NCBI GenBank assembly: GCA_965200245.1
Contig: CBDATS010000004.1
Span: 768,001-832,000 of the forward strand
From: a bacterium
GTDB taxonomy: Bacteria > UBA8248
Length of the DNA stretch: 64,000 nucleotides
Direction of reading: 5' to 3'
The stretch's first letter is position 1. Each line of letters starts with the position of its first letter. Made by a program: the position numbers and the translations under genes. The notes beneath the pieces are model-generated. The model had not been told where the DNA came from. It saw nothing but the letters and a program-made list of their open reading frames with translations, and did not search any database. Below are positions 58,331-64,000 of this stretch, one piece after another.

Positions 58331-60589
58331 TCAATGTCTCATGCCCCGACGGGGGGGGCGTTCGGTTCTGAGTTCCGGCGTCGCCTCCTCGAAAGCGTGC
58401 GCCACGCGCAGGACATCCGTCTCGCGCCAGGGGCCACTCACGATCTGGAGCGAGATGGGCATACCCTCTGAATTCCGCCCCATTGGCGTGACGAGCGCCG
58501 GAAAGCCCGTGGCATTGTGCGGGCCGAGAAACGGCCTGTGGATGTCCTTGTAGGGAACCTCGCGCCCGTCTATTCGCGTGACAAGGGTCTCGATAGGCGG
58601 AGCGATACAGGGCATCGCGGGCTGGATGAGCGCGTCGGCACCGGTGAAGAACGCCTCGGCCTCGCGCTGCATCAACACGCGATCTCGCATCGCGCGCACG
58701 TAGTCATCGGGATCGATCCGGAACGACCACTCCAGACGTTCGAGCACGTCGGCGCCATAGCCTTCCGGGTCGCGCTCGAAAAACGGCCTGTGGAACTCGC
58801 TGAACTCTGGCCCCGTGACAAGCGGGAACAAATCCATCAATTTTTGAAAATACGCAAAGGAGACATCTTCCACTTCAGCACCCAGGTCCCGGAACACCGC
58901 CGCCGCCGCCTCGAACGCCGCCGTGATTTCAGAATCTACCGCGGCGCCTCCATGATAATCCGGGCAGAGGAGGATGCGGCTGCCGCGAACGCCATCTTCG
59001 ATACCCGCAGTGTAATCGGGAACAGGAACATCCCGGGATTTCGCATCACCGACGTCGTAGCCCGCCACGGCCTGAAGCATGAGACCTGCGTCGCGCGCGG
59101 TGCGCGTCATAGGGCCGGCGTGATCGAAACTCGGGGAGTTGGGGCAGATGCCGTGCAAGCTCACCCGGCCGTGGGTCGCCTTGAAACCCACAACTCCGCA
59201 AAGGGCGGCGGGATTGCGGATGGAGCCACCCGTGTCCGTACCGATGGCGGCGGGCGCAAGTCCCGCCGCGCAGGCCGCGCCCGAACCGCCGCTCGATCCG
59301 CCGACGATGCGCCCTGTATCCCAAGGGTTTCGCACCGTGCCGTAGTGAGGGTTGATGCTCACCGGGGCGGCGGCGAACTCGTGCGTGGTCGTCTTGCCGA
59401 GCATGACGGCGCCCGCATCTTTCAGGCGCCTGATGATCTCAGCGTCCTCGCGTGGCACGTTGTCACGGTGAAAGGAAGAGCCGTTGGTGGTAAGCACCCC
59501 CGCCGTATCGACTATGTCCTTTGCGCCGTAAGGAACCCCGTGCATGGGACCGCGCCACCGGCCACTCATTATTTCGGACTCGGCGGTTTTCGCTCCTTCC
59601 ATGGCGAGATCGGGCGTTATGGTCTGGTAGGCAAACAGTTCGGGATTCAGCGCCTCGATGCGGCGAAGATGGGCTTCGGCAACCTCGACGGGGGAAACTT
59701 GCTTTTTGCGAATCATCTCCGCGAGGTCATGAATACTGGTAAAACAAAGGTCGTCGCTCACTTCATTCTCCTTGGAGGCCGAGCCGCACGACACCTCCAC
59801 GCGGGCTGGCCCCTCGTCGACGAAGCGGGGCTCCCAGCCTGCAGGCACCAAGCCGTCTTCGACAAGAAGTTCATAGTAGTGCTTCAGGCCTTCGAGTTCC
59901 TCGCTTCCCAAATCGTAACGGATGCACTCGGTGAGATAACACCATGCCGTGTTCTTATCCACGCCCGGCGGAAGTCCCCGGTCGATGATCTCCTCGATAC
60001 GTCCGACGCCCTCTTTTTTGGCGCTGCGCAATAGTGCCGCGACATCAGCGTCTCCCGCACCGTGCCGGAACACCCAGAGTGCATAGACGAAGGGAAGACC
60101 CGTGAAGTTCTGCCACTCCTCCCCTAAATCGAGCACATAGTGATCACCCGGCGGTTCGCGCAGGGCGTTGTCACCGATGAGCAGGAAAGCGTCGAGCGAC
60201 TCGTCCTCGCGCGGGGGCTTCAGCGGATCGATGGGCACGAACTCGGGCTCCGCACCCCAGCGGTGTTTGAGGTAAACGCGCGCCATGTTCGTCGCGGCCA
60301 GCGACCAGCTATCCAGCCCCACGCGAAGCACTGAATCCGCAGGCTTTCGACAATAGAGCCGGATACTTTCCACAGGTCCTTTGCTTGCGATGCCTACACC
60401 GGACGCAAATCGAGCGCATCGCATCTGAAAAAGGGCGAATGAAGAGACGAGTGCGCCGTCCAATTCTCCGCGTGCAAGCATATCCGCCAGTTTCGAGGGG
60501 GGTTCAACAATGAGTTCAACCGCTCCGTTTGCCTCAAGCGCTACTGTGAGAGGTCTCGCGTTTAGAAAGGGAACGGTACCAAGCTTCAT
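58331..60589 (-). CDS. mqnA: Chorismate dehydratase MqnA fused in frame to an amidase-signature enzyme
   Basis: N-part: VPFLNARPL, GPVESI, LLIGDNAL, DLGEEW..TGLPFVYALW. C-part: GAKD, GGSSGGS, GTDTGGSIR. Internal AAGGAG plus GTG at 59761. Confidence 0.85.
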   Translation of the reverse strand: MKLGTVPFLNARPLTVALEANGAVELIVEPPSKLADMLARGELDGALVSSFALFQMRCARFASGVGIASKGPVESIRLYCRKPADSVLRVGLDSWSLAATNMARVYLKHRWGAEPEFVPIDPLKPPREDESLDAFLLIGDNALREPPGDHYVLDLGEEWQNFTGLPFVYALWVFRHGAGDADVAALLRSAKKEGVGRIEEIIDRGLPPGVDKNTAWCYLTECIRYDLGSEELEGLKHYYELLVEDGLVPAGWEPRFVDEGPARVEVSCGSASKENEVSDDLCFTSIHDLAEMIRKKQVSPVEVAEAHLRRIEALNPELFAYQTITPDLAMEGAKTAESEIMSGRWRGPMHGVPYGAKDIVDTAGVLTTNGSSFHRDNVPREDAEIIRRLKDAGAVMLGKTTTHEFAAAPVSINPHYGTVRNPWDTGRIVGGSSGGSGAACAAGLAPAAIGTDTGGSIRNPAALCGVVGFKATHGRVSLHGICPNSPSFDHAGPMTRTARDAGLMLQAVAGYDVGDAKSRDVPVPDYTAGIEDGVRGSRILLCPDYHGGAAVDSEITAAFEAAAAVFRDLGAEVEDVSFAYFQKLMDLFPLVTGPEFSEFHRPFFERDPEGYGADVLERLEWSFRIDPDDYVRAMRDRVLMQREAEAFFTGADALIQPAMPCIAPPIETLVTRIDGREVPYKDIHRPFLGPHNATGFPALVTPMGRNSEGMPISLQIVSGPWRETDVLRVAHAFEEATPELRTERPPRRGMRH

Positions 60590-60597
60590 GGTATTGC

Positions 60598-61737
60598 TCA
60601 GGCGTGGACTGCCCATAGATCTCCCTGGCGTGTGACTTCCCGATAGAGCGTGTCCCGCTCGACGGGCTCGCGCCCCGCCTCTCTGATGAGGTGGCGGATG
60701 TCTTTCACTGTGAGCGCGTGCGGGGTCTTAGCACCCGCCATGTGGTATATCTTCTCCTGAACGACGGTGCCGTCCAGATCGTCCACGCCGAAGCGCTGCG
60801 AGATTTGCGCAATGGACTGACCCACCATGATCCAGTAGGCCTTGATGTGGGGAATGTTGTCGAGCAGAAGGCGGCCTACGGCGTAGTTCCTGATGTCGAG
60901 CATCCCGCCCGTGGGGGGGATGTCGTCCATCTGCGTGTTCTCGGGATGAAACGCGAGCGGGATGAAGGTGGTGAACCCGCTGGTTTCGTCCTGCAGGTCT
61001 CTCAGCCTCAGCATGTGGTCCACGCGATCCTCGTTCGATTCCAGGTGGCCGTAGAGCATGGTGCATGTACTGCGGATACCCTTGCTGTGGGCGATGCGGT
61101 GGATTTCGAGCCAATCCTCTGCCGAGTGTTTGCCCTTGCAGATTTTGGAACGCGTGGGTTCGGCGAAAATCTCCGCCCCGCCGCCGGTGAGGGAACCAAG
61201 GCCGGAACGCACCAGATGATCCAGCGTCTCCTCGACGCTCATCTTCGCGACGTGATCGGCCAGCCAGCGAATCTCCGTCGCCGTGAAGACCTTGAGGTGG
61301 AGTTGGGGATGAATCTCCTTGATGCCCTGGATCATCTCCAGATAGTAGTCAAAGGGCAGATCGGGATGGAGGCCGCCCACCATGTGAAACTCCGTACGGC
61401 CCCGGCCTAGCGTTTCCGCCATCTTGAAGATTTCCTCGAGCGAATACGCATAGGCGTCCTGCTGGCCTTCTTTCTTACCGAAGGCGCAGAACTTGCACGC
61501 CTTCCACAATACGCAGATGTTCGAATAGTTGATGTGGCTGTTCACGTTGTAGTAGGTGCGATCCCCATGCAACCGCTCGCGCACGATGTTCGCCATATAG
61601 CCGACGGCGTTGATATTCTCGGTCTCATAAAGGCGCACACCCTCCTCGAACGAGAGGCGAAGCCCTGCTTCTACCTTTTCGAGGATATCGCCCAGTGGGC
61701 TTCTTGAGATGCGGGCGCGCATGAAGTCGCAGTTCAT
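60598..61737 (-). CDS. mqnE: Aminofutalosine synthase
   Basis: Radical SAM motif C-x5-CxxC (CVLWKACKFC), HMVGGLHP, TMLYGH, FIPLAFHP, HIKAYW, EKIYHMAGA. Confidence 0.93.
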   Translation of the reverse strand: MNCDFMRARISRSPLGDILEKVEAGLRLSFEEGVRLYETENINAVGYMANIVRERLHGDRTYYNVNSHINYSNICVLWKACKFCAFGKKEGQQDAYAYSLEEIFKMAETLGRGRTEFHMVGGLHPDLPFDYYLEMIQGIKEIHPQLHLKVFTATEIRWLADHVAKMSVEETLDHLVRSGLGSLTGGGAEIFAEPTRSKICKGKHSAEDWLEIHRIAHSKGIRSTCTMLYGHLESNEDRVDHMLRLRDLQDETSGFTTFIPLAFHPENTQMDDIPPTGGMLDIRNYAVGRLLLDNIPHIKAYWIMVGQSIAQISQRFGVDDLDGTVVQEKIYHMAGAKTPHALTVKDIRHLIREAGREPVERDTLYREVTRQGDLWAVHA

Positions 61738-62273
61738 GGTTCACCTTTCGTATTTCGTCTCATCGGAGAATCGACCAACACGGCAAGACAACGTGCATTC
61801 TGGACGCCGGAGGGTGCGATGTCAACGAGGAGGCGGATGCAGAAACGGTCCCACTTCCCCTGTATCGGGCGTTCTTTTCACTCCCCGAAGGGGTATCTCA
61901 GGCTGAGTGTCACGGACCAGTGGTTCATTCCCGTCATTTCGGCGGCATTCGTGAGATCCGTAACCAGGTGAGACTCGTAGGCGACCTCGGCCTCCTTGTC
62001 GCACATCATGGAGCAGGTGAACTTGAAACCCTTCAGCACCCTCTCGTTTCCGCGGTAGTCGGGGCCTGCGTGAAAATGCGCGGACAAGGTGGTGTCCGTC
62101 AGGTCTTCGTCCTGGCGGCCGCCATGACAGTCAAAACGGCGCACAGTTTTTTCTGAATTGTTCGCATTTCGTCCTCTACCTCTCAAAGTTGGATTGTTTG
62201 TGCGGAACCTCGTGTTGAACGACTCCATAGCCTAGCATCGCGAGCGTCAAGAATGCCAGAGGTATGACAAGCG

Positions 62274-63137
62274 TCAGCCCTGATTGCCCGGATGCCGCTC
62301 TATCTTGACCTCGGTGGTGAGCTGCGAACCACCGTTTCCCCGGAACACGCCGCGGTTCGGGGGCACGTCCGCATAATCACGACCCACCGCCACGCGGATG
62401 TGGCGCTCGTCTCCCTCGGTATTGTTGGTAGGGTCGAAGCCCGTCCAGCCAATGACGGGAAACCAGCACTCCACCCACGCGTGGCTCTCGCCCATGGCCT
62501 TGCCTGAAGTTTCGGGACCGAGATAGCCCGACACGTAGCGGCACGGAATCCCCCAGCCACGCAAGATGGAGGCCATCACATGCGCGTAGTCCTGGCATAC
62601 GCCCTGCCCGGTCTCAAGTATTTCCTCGATGGGCGAGTCCACCCGGGTATTCCCCGGAATATAATCAAAAACGTCATAAAGCTTCGCGGAAAGCTCGCGC
62701 GTACTCACGAGAGGGTCGTCTCCCAACTCTATGCCGTGGGTTGCCACAAATGTCTCAAGCGCAGGACTCGGGTAAACGAAACTGCTCGGGTTCGCGAGCG
62801 GCCAGAGTTCGGACGTCCATGCGGCACTCCGAAGCGCCTTCCGTGTGCCGGGTTCGAGCCTGTCTGGAGGGGAGAAGAGTGGCCCCACCTCCACGCGCGA
62901 GCGCGCCTTGACCTCGAATCTCGCATGTGGACGGGGACGATCCAGAAAATGCGCGGTATTGCCAAACGGATCGGTGAACTCGAAGAGACGTCCCTCGGGA
63001 TCGGTCCGAACCGAAAACTCGTTCAGGGTCTGTTTGCGATCACGCAGCGGGCAGAGATAGAGCGTCATCACCGAGGCCTGCACGGGCATCTCGTATTCGA
63101 AACACATGACATGCTCGACCGTATAGCTCACTATCAT
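62274..63137 (-). CDS. Transglutaminase-like protein with bacterial N-terminal domain
   Basis: GVCQDYAH, RYVSGY, SHAWVE, FDPTN, GRDYADV. Confidence 0.92.
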   Translation of the reverse strand: MIVSYTVEHVMCFEYEMPVQASVMTLYLCPLRDRKQTLNEFSVRTDPEGRLFEFTDPFGNTAHFLDRPRPHARFEVKARSRVEVGPLFSPPDRLEPGTRKALRSAAWTSELWPLANPSSFVYPSPALETFVATHGIELGDDPLVSTRELSAKLYDVFDYIPGNTRVDSPIEEILETGQGVCQDYAHVMASILRGWGIPCRYVSGYLGPETSGKAMGESHAWVECWFPVIGWTGFDPTNNTEGDERHIRVAVGRDYADVPPNRGVFRGNGGSQLTTEVKIERHPGNQG

Positions 63138-64000
63138 GCCGGAATCTCCTCGGCCAGTGAGCGGTTGACGTAGGCCGCCATTACCAATTCGTGGAGCGCG
63201 CGGGTATCGTTTCCTATCGCTTGGCAAAATGCGGCCGAATCAACCTCGGCCGATCCCGCCGCATCCATCTCGATAGCCGCCGTGAAGCGAAGCGCCATCC
63301 GGTGCGGCGGCGCAAGGGGGTAGCGCGCGCCAAGGGGGTCGATTCCAGCGAGCACCTCCTCTATCCGCTGCGCCGAGAAGCGAAGTGAACGTGGAAGATC
63401 GGGGTCGCGGGCCAAAAGGCCGAGCACGTTCTCTCTTTGGACCTTCATCGAATGGCGACGGCAGTAGATTTCATATGCACGACACACTCGAAGCAGATCT
63501 GCCCATGAGAGTGCGGAGACGTCCCGTCTCGCATGCGCAAACTCGACCCACGCCCCCAGAAGTGCGGCCTGGTGCTGCGCACGCTCGATGAAGCGACCCA
63601 ATTCCAGAAAGCGCCAGGCGTCGTCGCGCGGCATCGTCGAGTGCACCACGCCTGCGAAAAGCCGCATACGGTCGATGATTTCGAGCGCCAACCGTGCAGG
63701 TGACTGCTCCCATTGCGCGGCGAAATTCACCTCGCGCATCCAGAGATAACCCTGGTTCAGGCGCGTCCATATGGCAAGCGCAAGCTGTGCGCGTACGCGC
63801 TGGCCGCTCTCGCGTGCCTGGCGCCAGCAAGAGAGGATGGAGTCTGGATTCGCGCCTTCTTCCACGAGATTTCCCGCGAGAGTGTAGGCGTCTGGCATGA
63901 GATACACCTCGGGTTCTTCGGTGTCTGAAATCGTGCCGGGCGGCGGCTGGCCCAGTGCCCGGTATATCGCCGCCCACCCGACGGCCAGTTCATCTACGGA
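63134..64000 (-). CDS. Alpha-E domain protein (DUF403), 5' end outside window
   Basis: ARES...VR, W..LN, FLELGRFIERA, PRSLRFS; frame is open to the window end; ATGA coupling to the transglutaminase. Confidence 0.85.
   Translation of the reverse strand, partial: SVDELAVGWAAIYRALGQPPPGTISDTEEPEVYLMPDAYTLAGNLVEEGANPDSILSCWRQARESGQRVRAQLALAIWTRLNQGYLWMREVNFAAQWEQSPARLALEIIDRMRLFAGVVHSTMPRDDAWRFLELGRFIERAQHQAALLGAWVEFAHARRDVSALSWADLLRVCRAYEIYCRRHSMKVQRENVLGLLARDPDLPRSLRFSAQRIEEVLAGIDPLGARYPLAPPHRMALRFTAAIEMDAAGSAEVDSAAFCQAIGNDTRALHELVMAAYVNRSLAEEIPA

Noticed and set aside
1-64000. CRISPR arrays, tRNA/rRNA genes, intact transposases or integrases
   Set aside because: No regularly spaced repeats, cloverleaf-like or rRNA sequence, or recombinase motifs were seen by eye.

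Overview
High-GC bacterial chromosome window, mostly housekeeping and catabolic genes. It contains the complex I operon nuoA-J plus the start of nuoK, scpAB, rluB, bioF, crcB and futalosine-pathway menaquinone genes (mqnE, mqnA, mqnC, a probable deaminase). The strongest signals are missed by the ORF track: two genes read through an in-frame UGA at a redox motif, each followed by a SECIS-like hairpin. One is a GrdB/PrdB-like UxxC protein (16647-17567) ending a tightly coupled amidohydrolase-NifU-MFS-MFS operon, the best candidate here for an undescribed system. The other is a 90-aa AhpD/CMD-like CxxU protein (47832-48104) with a near-consensus sigma70 promoter. Other oddities: a two-gene thiocyanate-hydrolase/nitrile-hydratase-like pair with no separate beta N-terminal subunit, a CoA-transferase-fold pair lacking the catalytic Glu, a lipoprotein with three CcmI C-terminal domains, an in-frame MqnA-amidase fusion, a ferredoxin-type adenylate cyclase inside the mqn cluster, an internally deleted amidohydrolase and a decayed low-GC defence/toxin-antitoxin islet (about 48.8-52.5 kb). 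All family calls come from motif recognition by eye; no searches were run. No tRNA, rRNA or CRISPR array was seen.
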